From: Callorhinchus milii | Taxonomy: Eukaryota | DNA: 64,000 bases | Reading direction: 5' to 3' | Assembly (NCBI RefSeq): GCF_018977255.1 | Contig: NW_024704742.1 | Span: 58,220,001-58,284,000 of the forward strand | In this document: in pieces, positions 22,520 to 35,425 of the stretch | How the letters are laid out: the number at the start of each line of letters is the position of its first letter | How positions within the stretch are numbered: the stretch's first letter is position 1 | The notes under the pieces: generated by a model | Database searches by the model: none | What the model was told of the DNA's origin: nothing | What the model saw: the letters and a program-made list of their open reading frames with translations, nothing else | Translations under genes and position numbers: made by a program

Positions 22520-23190
22520 CCCTCCAACTGGTGGAACCATCGCTCAATGGAGGATGTGTCCGAGCTGTGGACAAGAATACGGTAGCAATGCTCTCATGCC
22601 TTTCATGTTGAGATGTGTTGCCCACCGGGAAGGTTGCAGGGAGTTCCTTGGGGTGGGGAGAGGTAAGCGCTGTCTCCTTGGAGGTGAAGTGGCTCCAAGG
22701 TGACTTGCCTGGCAACGGAGTGTCAGAATTGAGCCAACTCTCTGTAGTCCAGTTCCTGAGCCAGGCAGGTCCACTGTATTCCAGGGCATTACTGATGACA
22801 GCACAACCAGTCTGGCTCATTGGTAGGACCTGGAAGGGCAGACCAGTCACTGGGGGCAGTCATCCCATTCAGCTCTGTTAACTCTACAAGCCAAGGCCCT
22901 AATGGGTAGAGTGGTCATAGCTGCACAAGCAGTGGCGAGGTACGTGGTTTTAGCTACTCAGAACTCAGCAGTACCCCAACACACACACTGGCGGCCCCAA
23001 GTCTTGGCTCTTGCCAACCTGCGGAAAATAATTTCCAGAATTAGGTAAGCGGGATGTGTTCCAACAATGTATCTCTGGGATTGTAGATTCCGTGTGTAGA
23101 TGGGATGCGTGGAAATCTCGGCTGGGTTTGGATACTCTTAAGCACGGTGATGGGTTTCTGCGCGTGGCAGACACGCGGCCGACGACAACA
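22520..23190 (-). repeat. Unclassified old interspersed repeat, longest copy
   Basis: Reverse-complement similarity to 3500-4035, and similarity to fragments at ~6900-7060, 24620-25160, 44590-45330 and 47060-47190/49210-49380. Confidence 0.6.
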
Positions 23191-23459
23191 ACAACAACAA
23201 AATTGCAGACCATCACAATCTGTTACTCCGGGCGACCGTGTTACAAGGAGCTTTGGTGTAGTGCGGTTCCGCTTATGACGTGGGTGGGATCGTGGTGGTC
23301 CCAATCCCGGCTCCAACCGGTCCCGCTCTGTGTGTTGGGTGCACGGGTGGGATTCACCACCGTCACCGCGCAAGTGACATCTGCAGCGGTTATCCATCCT
23401 CACTCCCTCTCCACCCTCACCGCTAATCTCCTCTCTGCACACTGACTTACTCGCTCTCC

Positions 23460-23970
23460 CGACCCTCCCTCTTGTCACCCCGCCCCCCCGCCCCCCTCCC
23501 CGCCCCCCTCCCCCCCCCTCCCCCCCGCCCACCCGCCCACCCTCCCCCCCCGCCCTCCCACCCTCCCCCCCGCCCTCCCCCCCACCCTCCCCGCCCACCC
23601 TCCCTCCCTCCCTCCCCCCCCCCCCTCCCCCCCCCTCTCTCTCCCCCCCCCTCTCCCCTCCCCCCCTCCCCTCTCTCCCCCCCCTCCCCCCCCTCCCCTC
23701 TCTCCCCCCCCCTCTCCCTCCCCCCCCTCTCCCCTCCCCCCCTCCCCCCTCTCTCCCCCTCCCCCCCCTCCCTCCCCCCCCCCCTCCCCCCCCCTCTCCC
23801 CCCACCCCTCCCCCCCACCCCTCCCCCCACCCCTCCCCCCCCTCTCCCCCCACCCCTCCCCCCCCTCTCTCCCCCCACCCCTACCCCCCCCCTCCCCCCC
23901 CTCTCCCCCCCACCCCTCCCCCCCCCTCTCTCCCCCCCCTCCCCTCCCCCCCCCCCTCCCCCCCCTCTCT
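23460..23970. repeat. C-rich (sense-strand G-rich) low-complexity tract at the start of CDKN2AIP intron 1
   Basis: About 500 bp of C-runs separated by single T/A/G. Confidence 0.9.
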
Positions 23971-23973
23971 TAC

Positions 23974-24236
23974 CGGCAGCCCATGAAGACATGGTTGACC
24001 CACACCATGGAGAGTGACAGGAGACGGTCCAGGCCTGTGCTGGCGGCCGCCGGGCCTGGTTGGCTTCTGCTGATGTTAAAGTCCTCCATGTTGCGGAGGA
24101 TGAACTGCCGCCGCAGCCTCCACTGCTTCTCGGTCTCGTGGTGGCTCCTCAGCCCCTCGGCCCAGGCCGCCAGGCCCTGGTTCTGCTGCAGGAACTCGCA
24201 CACCGTCTCGTCGTCCTCCTCCACAGGCGCCGCCAT
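23974..24236 (-). CDS. CDKN2AIP: CDKN2AIP exon 1 (XRN2-binding domain, XTBD)
   Basis: ATG at 24236, MAAPVEEDDETVCEFLQQNQGLAAWAEGLRSHHETEKQWRLRRQFILRN...LLSLSMVWVNHVFMGC, CG|GTAAG donor. The four-exon join gives 632 aa. Confidence 0.94.
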
Positions 24237-24251
24237 GATCCGCTCCCACCC

Positions 24252-24481
24252 CACACAGCGCCCCCCTCCCGCGGCCCAGTCAGGTACTGCACACAGCGCC
24301 CCCCGCGGCCCAGTCAGGTACTGCACACAGCGCCCCCCGCGGCCCAGTCAGGTACTGCACACAGCGCCCCCCCCCCCGCGGCCCAGTCAGGTACTGCACA
24401 CAGCGCCCCCCCGCGGTCCTTTCAGGTACTGCACACAGCGCCCCCCGCGGCCCATTCAGGTACTGCACACAGCGCCGCCCC
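24252..24481. repeat. 34-bp VNTR (GCGGCCCAGTCAGGTACTGCACACAGCGCCCCCC) x ~6.5 immediately upstream of the CDKN2AIP ATG
   Basis: Direct tandem copies visible. Confidence 0.92.
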
Positions 24482-24789
24482 ACGGACCAATTCGGGACAA
24501 CAACAACAAATGCCACTGGTGTGAGGGGCGGGGCCGGCAGTGTCCCTGCTCCGAGCCCCCGCACATTCCTGGCCGCTCCGCGTTGCCCCGGAGACCACAA
24601 AACCAGACCATGTCTAACCGGTCCCTTCAGATAACTGGTCACTGAGCCCTTCTCCCTCCGAATCCAGGGCACTGCTGGTGACAGCGCCAGTCCGGCTCAC
24701 CGGCAGCACCTGGAGGAGCAGACCAGTCACCGGGGGCAGGAAGTCATCCCACGCAGCTCCTGTTGACCCTGCAAGCCCAAGCTCTAAGG

Positions 24790-25052
24790 GGCAGGGCGGT
24801 CCTCGCACCCTCCGCTCCACCACTGGAGGTTGCGCTTTCAGTCACTACGCCCCCAAACTTTGGAACACGCTCCCTCGATCCCTCCACCCTGCCCCCTCTT
24901 ACCCCTTTTTCAAGTCCCGCCTTAAAACCCGCGCCTACGATCACCTCCATCCCCCCCACCCCAGCTCAGAGTCAGGCTCCGGTTACTGTTTAAGCGCTCT
25001 GGGATGCTGCCCTGCGTGGAGGGCACTATATAAGTGCAAGTTGCTGTTGTTG
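24790..25052 (+). mobile_element. L2-clade LINE 3' fragment
   Basis: AFSHYAPKLWNTLP...FKSRLKT motif, then gcactatataagtgcaag(ttg)n tail. Confidence 0.75.
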
Positions 25053-28000
25053 TCAGACAGTGCTCTGAATGGCAAGCTATGCGGGTTTCATTGGTTAGGA
25101 CTCCAGCAACACCCCAATGCACAGTCTGGGGTCCCCAAGATTTGGCTCTTGCTAAACTGAGCCTAATAATCCATGAATGTTCTCTCTCTACTCTTTCCAT
25201 TATATTGTGTGTGTCCCTTTAAAAAAGATTAATATGGTCACTCAATCCACGACTGTCGGTGGGACACTGCTGTGCGCAATTGGCTGCCGTGTTTCGCCCG
25301 CAAAATATAGTCAATTAACTTTACAGTATATTCTGTAAAGTGCTTTGAGACGTCTCGAAAACATGATAAGCCGCTATTATCAAATGTAAGGATTATCATC
25401 ATTATAATATTCTTCAGAATTAGGTAAGCAGAGTGTATCTCTCTGTGTTGGGAATGTTGGACAAAGATATAGTCGGACACCATGCAATGAACTGAGGCAG
25501 ATAAAGTGGGGATGAAGGATTTATAGCCTTTACATCCCCATTTTAACATGAAGTTGAGAATAGACCCTCAGGTCTCTGAGGTTAAATAGCAACGTGACAC
25601 TGTTTGCTTTAGCGAGAATCCAAAAAAAACTACAAATGCAATTTTTCTTCCAAAAACTTTTTTTTAATCAATCATTGAAACATGTGGAAAAGTGCAGAGA
25701 CCACAATACTCAATGTGACATTTTATTTGAACACTACAGGAGATCTAAAAGTTAGAATGAAAAGCATAGTCTCAGGATAACCAGTTCAAATAGATCAGAT
25801 CTGAGCATTTGACCTCAAATATGCATAATACTCTTTCCTCGCAAGAGCAAAAGGCTGGAAAGTTGAATTAAGACCTAAGACAAAGGTACCATCTTTGATA
25901 AGACTACTGCTGAAAGAAATACTTGCAACAGCGTAACTCACATTCTTATGGTCATTTAAATGCAATTCAATATGAAAGATAACACCTTTTAAAACAATTT
26001 TTCTTTTATTTTCGTGTAGAAAAAAAATTCACAGTGTGAGACTCAAAGATGTGAGTTTTAGTCATTATAACTGGTAAATCAGTAAGATGTGCAACTATAT
26101 TATATATGTATTGCACCAGTGGTTAGAATGAAGGCAATCAGCACAGAGAGAAAGAAAATTGAAAACTCATTGTAGGAAAAGATAGGCTCAAGGGTAATTT
26201 TAGATAATTAGTTTCTTATCTACCAGAGTGATGGCTACCTCGTTTATTATAATGAAATCTGCTTACTTCACAAGTCAACCTAATACAGAAATACAGAAAA
26301 TGTGCTATTTTTGAAAAGCTACAATTCAATCCTCAAAATAAATCTTTAATGAATAATTACTCAGGTCCTATGATCTAATAAGAGACAAAGAGCAAACAGA
26401 TGAGTGTTTCAGATTACAGGAGGATTCCCAGTTACAGCCTAACTCTTGCTGGTTTTAATAGTACTGCTTTACCACTTTGAAGAATACAAAGCTCATTTTG
26501 AGAAAGGTAGGGCATGAAATAGATTATATGCCAACCTGTTGAACCGCTTATTTTAAATAAAGTAATCTATGAATACATCTTTCAACTGCTCTTTTGAAAA
26601 CAACCACAAACATCAGAATGCACCAACTGAAGTGTTCACAGGGGAAATAAAACTCTTAAATGCCCAGAACTGAACTATACAGAACCAAACATAAATAAGA
26701 CTGTAATAAATAAACAGACAGCTTTCAAAGGCATAATTCTAAGCATATCACTCTAAATACTTTTTACATATCAGACATAAACATGCAAGCTGAAACAGCA
26801 ACCTTCATTTCATTGAGTTCTACATTAAATAGTCACAGAATTTTTCCAGCTTAATGTTGACCTTGTAAGATATTAGAGAAAGAACTTCTAGTAGTCAACT
26901 AAATAGAAAATAGAAGTAATGATGACCTTATAATAATGGTTATGTTGATCGGGGCGGAAGAGGGGGAAGAATTTTAATACTTTGTTTTCATGCACCATCT
27001 TCACACAAACATAGGGTCAACTGAAACATCTTTGCAAATCACAAGAGACACAAGTAGCCTTCACACAACATTCAAATTCCTGCTTTGGATTCTGCCGAAC
27101 TGGAACTGGCTACTACTTTGGACAAAAGTCAGAAATCAAAAGTCCAGTTCCTTTGTTTTTCCGAAAATACCTCAGGTTAAGTCACCAGTTGTATGGAGGA
27201 GCAGAAATGATTACTTTGCTGTTAGATCCTTTTCAAGCTTTCTTTTCTTTCATTAATTTACACATTCAAAGTGCGTGCTTAACTGTGAAAAAAAATTAAC
27301 TCTCAAACTTTTACATATCTATAAATTGTAGAAACACCAGAGCTTCTTAAAAATATAATACACCATACCAAATATTATTCTAATATAATATATACAGGGT
27401 ACCGAGCCCCCTCACCTTTTCTGAAAAAATGCTGCAATTTGCACATTCTTACATTGGAATATGGCATTCTTATATCTTTTCATCTCTGATGTCACAAGAC
27501 CAATTTTTCCTTACAAACCACCCCTTGTGATCTGTTCACCTCATGTAAAACATTGTTCCTTTCAGTCCACTCAACCTGTTTGCTTTAAACTTTTTTTAAA
27601 AAATAAAGTGGATGTGTAAAAATATTTTCTTTTTATATATATTGTGCAAAAATACATGGATGATGAGAGGATGGATTACTGTAGTAAAGTATACATTACA
27701 TCAGAGAATTTAGGTTTGTCTGTGGACGAGTGGCACTGATTAAATGTGCCTTCAGTCCACTTGGCATGTTTGTAATGTATATCTGGCCATTCGTTATTCT
27801 ACATACAATTTCACTATGGTTTACTACTGTTTACAAAAACGTTTTAACATATTTGTTGAAAGCATGTTTGCAAGAGTAGGAAAAAATATCATTGGTGTAA
27901 TTGGAAAATATATATGTATTCTGTAGGGATCCAGCAACAGAGTAATAAAATCATCACCCCACATTTTCTATCACAATTACCACTTCACAGGGACTTTTAA

Positions 28001-29395
28001 TTATCCTTGTTCAATTCACTCAAAACATTTCATTTGCATGAGCTCTTAAACCTCTCCAGTTTTAACCTTTTGCTTAAGATTCTTACAGCAACATTGAAAA
28101 AAAACTCAAAACAAGGCTCTGGCATGAAAATATATATTTAGGAAACACTATGAAGAGGAAAAGAATTTATTATTCCATTGGTCTATCTCTCTGATCTACA
28201 TAACAAAGTGGTATTCCATATTTGCATTATTAATTATTTATTTTAAATGGAGGAGGTTTTATATATTGTTCTAGGGAATTTTAGGAAGGCTCAGATCCTG
28301 AATAACCTACTTTGATAAGTCTGCTTCAGAGAATTATTATTTTAAACAAAAATCACATTTTTAAACAGCAGAATATTAATTCTACCCAATGCCAATTAAG
28401 ACCTAAATCTCTCTCAACAATAATCAGTACTGGAAATTTACACAAAACACGTCCTTCATATATCAGGGACTATCATATGCGAATCACTGACAATGGCAAT
28501 CTTTTCATTACATTTTTATAATGGGAAATGCCTTTACATAAATGATATACCAAAAAGGTTGCTAGTGTTAGCATTCAGCGTGTGGTAGAACCTATCATTC
28601 AATAGATAAAAGCAAAAAGCAGTACAAAAAGAGTCAACTGAATGTTTTCCCCTTTGTAAAACGAACAGGAGCACACATGATTTATTTTATGGGTAGTAAT
28701 GAAGGGTGAGGTGGGCTGGGGGTAAAATATCTCGCTGCCCACATCAGAACACCATTGAAAGGCATCAGTGGCGCTGTGGCCAATACTTTTGCACTCCATA
28801 CAGAAAGGAGTTACAGATTCAACACCCATAAATTCACTCCATCCTTTCATAATATGAGAATAAGAGCAATAGAAAAGAAAAGTGGGGGAGCAGGAGAGAT
28901 GTGAATCAATGCAAGCGCCAGTCTTAAGAAGCAGAGCTGAGGAGCACGCTTGCTGAAAGGAACCAAAGCCACAACTTCACACTCTTATACAAAAATATTA
29001 CGTGGCTCACAGCCATCCTCACAGTCTGATCTTATGAAAACATTGACAAGAATAAAATATCTCCTGTTGAACGGGGAATTTCTTTTCTTTAAAATGCAGT
29101 GCTGTTCAACAGAATACATTTTCTGAACTACCACCATTCCTGTACCCCATCTTTACAAAATAAAAGCAAATCAAAAATACATACAAACTGTACAAAAGTA
29201 GCAGAAACTGGTTCCGAATTACACTACTTTGGTTTTTCTCTGTTTAAAAACCATTTTTTACATATAGAGAGGTATTGAAATACAATTATTTTACAAATAT
29301 GTTATATCTAAACCACCAGAATGCTTTAAAAAGATTTTAACCAGTTAACTATCAAAATGATGAAAAATACTTTGTAATCTACATAATAAAAGATA

Positions 29396-29462
29396 TTAGA
29401 CATCATCAGCAGGAAGCGAAGGGATGCTGATCTTTGCTCTGGTGAAAAACGCCATCTTCTCC
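29396..29462 (-). CDS. WWC2: WWC2 last coding exon, PDZ-binding ADDV C-terminus
   Basis: (R)EKMAFFTRAKISIPSLPADDV*, CAG acceptor. Confidence 0.95.
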
Positions 29463-30217
29463 CTGTAATTGGAAGAAAAAATATTTGTTTCACTTTTGCT
29501 TAGTTTTATTTTCAAAGTTCATAACGCAAAGTCTGAGTTGCAGGCAAGCTGTATAAATCATAGAAAATCTGATTTGATCACTAATCTACACTGCGCATAC
29601 TTAATTCAATGCAGGTGGTAAGTGCACATGTGGTAGTCTGTTACTACAGCTGATAAGTGCACATGTGGTGATGGGTCAAGACTATGTTTCCCACGATTCA
29701 ATGATTCTTGGCACATTGCCGCATGTGCACTTACCAGCAAGCACTGAATCACGGAATATGAAGTGCTTCTGCGCAAGCAGCGACAAATCTACATTTCCTG
29801 CAATTCAATGCAGCCAGCTAGTAAGTGTGCATGCGTCGACGGGTTAGGGCATCATTTCCCGCGATTCAATGTAGCCGATAAGTGCGGATGTAATGGAGGA
29901 TAGGGGAGCTGCGTTACGAGTTAGGAGATGATTAATACGAGAAGTGCAAATAAATCTAAGTGGTTTTGATAGGAAACTGATGGGATTCGAGTGAATGTAC
30001 GACTTAGGTGATTATATGATTTAGAAAGATAAGACTTGTGCGAGTTTTACCGTATATCATTTGCCACATGGAACAGGAGCTATCCCGAACCAGAAAGTAA
30101 AATGGCAGAAAATCAAGAAGAATGTTAGCCCGTTGTTTGAGCTTTTATTTTGACCATCGCTGCCACAGTCTCATCAGGAACTCTAAACCCTTTTCCATGT
30201 TAACAATATTTCCTGAC

Positions 30218-30345
30218 CTGAATGATTGGACTTGCAGTGGCACCTTCTGGCTCTGCTCCCGCAATCTGCACACCTCCTTTGAGGCTTTCTTCATCAGCTT
30301 CTCTGCCTTCCACTCTTGCTTTTGTTCTTCTTTTGTTTGCTCGGC
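30218..30345 (-). CDS. WWC2: WWC2 exon
   Basis: AEQTKEEQKQEWKAEKLMKKASKEVCRLREQSQKVPLQVQSF, AG/GT boundaries. Confidence 0.93.
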
Positions 30346-31049
30346 CTGGGTGCAAGATATTATTCACTGTGCTTTAAAGATAATCGCTCAAATACATGCA
30401 CCATGCATGTCATGTCTGTCAACCCTTAACTGTTCAATACAGTTTCCCCAATCTGAAGTCAGGTTAGTTATTTCACAGCAGAAAATAAGAATACTCAATT
30501 TTAACTGTCGAAGAGCATATGGAGATGTCATCTTGATTGATATTGAGCAAAATCCGATTTAAAAAAAAAGACATTTTTGTCTCAAGCTCCAGACTTTCAT
30601 TCACATGGTATAGTGAGCAAGAGAGCTGCACATAAGATGTGGGAGTGCATTGCCACCATTCTCCAGATTACAACCAGGACACACACAAACACACACTATT
30701 AACTATTTGAATAGTGACTTCACCAGTTGGAGGTGCAAAAGAGAAGGGAGTTTCCCAACAATCTTTCCCCTGCCCCATCAGATAATATTGGTCATCACTT
30801 CATGGTTGTTTGTAAGGCATTGCTGTGTGCAAATTAGCTGTGTTCGGTTCGCCTATAAATAGTCTCCACACTTTACAGTAAAAGTATAGAGACTGTACTT
30901 TATAAACCATGAAGCACTTTGAAATAATTCGATGACATGATAAGATTCTATATCAAATACAAATATTACTATTAAGGTGGAGGAAAGAAAACACAGACTA
31001 GAAGTTCCAACAGTACATTTTCTTTGCCTGAATATATCCATATCGATAC

Positions 31050-31292
31050 CTGCTTTTCTGCTTGTTTCAGAAGCTTCTGGAATCTGTCATCTTCCAACAC
31101 CCAAGAGGGTAGTTCTGTCTCTCCTTTAGCTTTCACCTCCTCGAGCCTGTTTTTCAGTTCCCTGAGCACATGGAGCTCATCATTCAGCCGACTTTGCCGA
31201 GTTAGTGATGCCTGGAGATCCAGCTCCAAGTCAAGAGAGGTGCGGAGAGGATGTTCTGGAGTTGCCCGTCTCACAAGTGGTTGGCAAAGGGC
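31050..31292 (-). CDS. WWC2: WWC2 exon (C-terminal coiled coil)
   Basis: ALCQPLVRR...RTSLDLELDLQASLTRQSRLNDEL...QAEKQ, AG/GT boundaries. Confidence 0.95.
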
Positions 31293-31503
31293 CTGTACAC
31301 AACATCAGTAGAAAATGACAGGAATAAACAACAACAAAAAAATGCATTTAAATAGCGTCTTTCATGTCAGGAGTATGTTCCAAGGCTCTGAACAGTGAAG
31401 GGTTTGCACCCAAGCTGGAGGTTTGAGGCAAGATGGGTGGAGGGCAATGAAATATTTTACAAGGTTAAAAAACTGAAGGATTTCAAACAACTTCACAACT
31501 CCA

Positions 31504-31654
31504 GAGGGCTGAAATTCTCTTTTATTTTTTAAAAAAAGTGCAGAAAGCTAGGTTCCAAATTTAGCCTGATTTTAATAATTTTCCAAAATTCTGCATTACT
31601 TTGAAATTTACCATGATGGTATTAAGCCTAAGACAAGGAGAAATTTCAGTCCTC
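31504..31654. mobile_element. Small MITE-like element
   Basis: Imperfect terminal inverted repeats GAGGGCTGAAATT / AATTTCAGTCCTC. Confidence 0.45.
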
Positions 31655-31799
31655 GAATACTCCAATTTATTGTTCAAGTAAGTTATGCGGCCTCTCCAGC
31701 TCTTCCCGTTGCTAGATCTTCATCGGGTTCATTGATCCCGAATCATTGCTGCTTCCCTCCCACACTGAATTTAAAGTCTATTCTCTATACCCACCAAAG

Positions 31800-32345
31800 T
31801 TACAACAAAACAACTTGGATATATATAGCGCCCTCCACGCCGAACGGCATCTCAGAGCGTTTCACAGTAATGGATCCCGGGGCCGAACCAGGGGGAGCGG
31901 GAGGAAGGTGACCAAAGGTGCAATCAAAAAGAAAGGTCTTCAGCCGAGAACTGAAAATAGGAAGAGAGGGGGGCGAGGCGAAGGGAGTGAGGAAGGGAGT
32001 TAGAGAGCCTCGGGGCGTAGTGGCTGAAGGCACGGCCGCCGATGGTGGAGCAGAGGATTCGGGGGACAAGGAGGAGGCCAGACTCGGTGGAGAGAAGGCA
32101 CCACTGTTGTGAGGAGAGAGGTCAGAGAGATAGGGGGGGGTGCAGAGCAGTGGAGGGATTTGTAGCCAAGAGTGAGGATCTTGAAGTCAATCCTCTCTGG
32201 GACAGGCATCCAGTGCAGAATGGCAAGCACTGGTGTTATCGGAGCGGAGTTTGGTGCAGGTAAGAATGCAGGTAGCAGAATTCTGGATGACCTGCATTTT
32301 ATGGATGGTAGTGGAGGGGAGACCGGTGAGGAGGGCGTTAGAGGC
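31800..32345 (-). mobile_element. L2-clade LINE 3' fragment
   Basis: ITPVLAILHWMPVPERIDFKILTL and FSSRLKTFLF motifs, (TTG) tail. Confidence 0.8.
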
Positions 32346-33527
32346 TTTCCATTAATAGAAGTAGTCTTTCCATTTCCTTCTTGTGTGTTTGGCCTCAATC
32401 AGCATTTATTACAATGAAGGCCAATAAGTGTGAAATGACGTTTAAAAATTTAGATTTCCCCTATTTAGCTGGTAATCCTATTCCTTGATTTTCCTTTATG
32501 TTGACACATAACATACCTCTACACTCATCTTATTCATTGTTTTCATAATTTCAAAACTCTTGGCTCATCCCTGTTCTCTTCTCCTGGGAGGAATGACAGA
32601 CCTCCGTTAGGTCTGTCTTCATTGCTCAAAGATGCAAAATTTGAAACTCCCTTTTTTGTTTTCATGGAATTTTTTTCTACTGCCTCCTTCCTGCCTCTTT
32701 ATTAGGGCAGTGACCAAAAGTGGACATAAAACTACTTTCAAATCTCTGTCTCTGTCTCAATAATGCTTTATAGATCTTTTGTATCACTCTTAGAGGAGTG
32801 AAAAATACAACATACAAAATGATGATTATCATTCAAACTGAAATTAAGAGTCAATCAGTACATAATTATCAACCGACCATGTGTGTCAAACCCACACCTG
32901 GTTCAGCACAATGGCTGGTCCTAAACCCTCCAGCCTCATATTTATGTCAATTGAATCTCTTTCCACGGGGTTAATATCAGCTTAATGCTAAACATTATGG
33001 GACCTAATATTACATTGGTTGGCAGATTTATCGAATGTAGTAGTCTGCATTCATTACACATAGGTAGAATTATACTTTAGTTACTGTATTTCTATCCATA
33101 ATTTACTTTTATCCTTTCATTATTGCCCACACTGCACATGTAGAATTGTGGGCTGTGAAATGCAAGGATGTCACCAAAACAACATGGTGTTGTTTTGATG
33201 TTCCTTTCCTTCCCGATTCTCCCTCATTCCTCTGTTTCTACTTTTCACTTGGCACATTTGGCTGAGTCAGAGAGGGGAAACCACTCAAGTTCCAATGGGA
33301 TTTTCATTATAAATACTTAGTAAGAAAATGAACAATTTTTATCACTTATAACAATTTTTTATAGTTTGTAATGAGATATCCCATTCTAAAGACACAATGA
33401 AAAGATGGCCAGTGTTGGCATTGAAGCTTGCTCAGCAAACACAACATAAGATGGTTCTCTTCTGCAGATGATTCCCTTCTGATGAACCTGGAATGTGCAC
33501 ATTCTCCTAGTAATTTGTAATACGCAC

Positions 33528-33620
33528 CCTTTTAACTCGTAAACTTCGCCGTTCTGTGGCATTGCGCACAAAAGGAGACTTTTTGGCTAAAGTTGAACTG
33601 TCACTGTCACTTCGATTCAA
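33528..33620 (-). CDS. WWC2: WWC2 exon (aPKC-binding region)
   Basis: [31 protein letters not shown]. Confidence 0.95.
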
Positions 33621-33797
33621 CTGTCGATACAGAAAAGGAACAAGTGGAAGCAGAAATGAAAAAACAGCTTACAGTTTTGATCCAAATATACAAAAAAACT
33701 GATCTAAAAATCAAAAATATTTATCAGATAGTTTATTTTCTTTTGTAACATACACGTGTGTGAGTCACCTCCAATAAGATGAAGAAGAATTTCTTAC

Positions 33798-33962
33798 CCT
33801 ACAAATGTACTGATTTCGTTCTCCTGGAGAAAAGGTTTGTGATCTTACAATCATGCTGTTCCTCACAAAACTCCTTTGCCTGCTGTTCAGGTTGGTTCTG
33901 TCCTTCGGCCTGACAGCCACACACTCTGGCACTGTTTCCTCTGTGTTCATTTCCTTGTCCAC
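33798..33962 (-). CDS. WWC2: WWC2 exon
   Basis: VDKEMNTEE...IVRSQTFSPGERNQYICR. Confidence 0.95.
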
Positions 33963-35025
33963 CTGCAGACATGGTGTGTGACACTTTAATCAGCTACTAT
34001 TCAATGGGAACAAAAGGGACAGCTGGAAGAGCTTAGTAAAAGAGTAATGTCCCATTTACACTGGGACTTTCCTTCAGCATTGCATTGAAATAAAATAGAG
34101 CGCTGAGGCTTCTATGGATTTGTCCCATTTAAAGAATTACAGAAATTTACAACACAGAAGGAGGTCATTGGAGCCTGTTCTGGCTCTCCAAAAGAACCAT
34201 CTATTAAAGCTCATTCTCCTGCCATTTTCCCCCACTCCCTTTTATACTTCTCCTTTACAGATATTTATTATTAGATATTTATCTAAATCTCTCTTAAAGG
34301 CTAATGTGGATTCTGTAGAGAAGAAATTTTGCAGTGCAGGATGACCTCTAAAGCAACATGGGAACAAGTTCACACATACAGAGTTAATTTCCAAGTTGGA
34401 AATCACATTATTTTCTTGCCTGGTTTATACATGACAATAATATGTAAAATGCTGAATGGATATATTGGTCGTCAGAACTGAGAGGCAGAGAGGATGCCCA
34501 TTTCTGGGTGCAGTCCTGGCTGCCAAAGGCCACCTCATTTATACTCTGGTTCTACCTGCAGTCATCATGTTGAAATATAAACATGGCACGAGGAAGTCCA
34601 CCTACCATTCTGTAAAATCCTAAACTTAAGGGGCCAATGAAAACCAACTCTAAGATAGCACTAATCCAGAAACTGCAACAAAGCAATAACACAGGAGACA
34701 GATATAGATCTGAAGAGCATAGAAACATAAAAGACCATTGCAATTCATACGGTCAATCTCAAACCCTTTGATGTGGGTTACTTTCAGCCCAATGTTCATG
34801 TTTCCAATAATTAGCATCAACTACAACAACAAATTACACTTGTATAGTGCCTGTCACATTGGAAAGACGCCCCAGGGCGCTAGTTTATACAGTGAGAAAT
34901 GAATACACTAGTGAACATGTACATTATATACTGTCGCAAGAACTCCCAGTACCTGTGCTCCCTTCTACTGAAAGTCCTGATCTTTTATTACAGATACTAG
35001 ATGAGTAAAAACTAAACATTCCTAC

Positions 35026-35206
35026 CAGAGTTGGCAACACTGCATGAGTCTCTGCAACATCACTCCTCACTTCCTCAATCACATTTCTGGTTGCCTCTTG
35101 AAGTACAGTCAGTTCTGTAGTATATTGTTCCTCTTCTTCTGCCTCTTTGCCATGTTCATCTCCTTCTTCCAATGTCTCAGCATTGTCTTCCACCAGCATT
35201 TCCAAC
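35026..35206 (-). CDS. WWC2: WWC2 exon (Glu-rich)
   Basis: LEMLVEDNAETLEEGDEH...VLPTL. AG/GT boundaries, phases fit both neighbours. Confidence 0.85.
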
Positions 35207-35324
35207 CTGCAATTGGCAATGCATCAAACACATCACAAAGCTCTTATAGATATCGGCTGCAGCTTATACAATGAAAACTGAATGCGCTGTTTAACATGAA
35301 TAATGTCATAAGGGCTCCCAGTAC

Positions 35325-35425
35325 CAGTCTTCGCCTTCTGTAGTGTCTCCTTCCTCTGTAGCCAGTTCCTGTTCTACTGCCTGCAGTTCAGCAGATGTCC
35401 TCTCCAAGAGTTCAGATACAGCATC
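35325..35425 (-). CDS. WWC2: WWC2 exon
   Basis: DAVSELLERTSAELQAVEQELATEEGDTTEGED. Confidence 0.9.

Noticed and set aside
23041..24017. Long Gly-rich and Pro-rich ORFs
   Set aside because: Artefacts of the poly-C/G tract, which lacks stop codons.
24252..24481. CRISPR-like regular array
   Set aside because: Head-to-tail repeats with no unique spacers, in vertebrate DNA with no cas genes.
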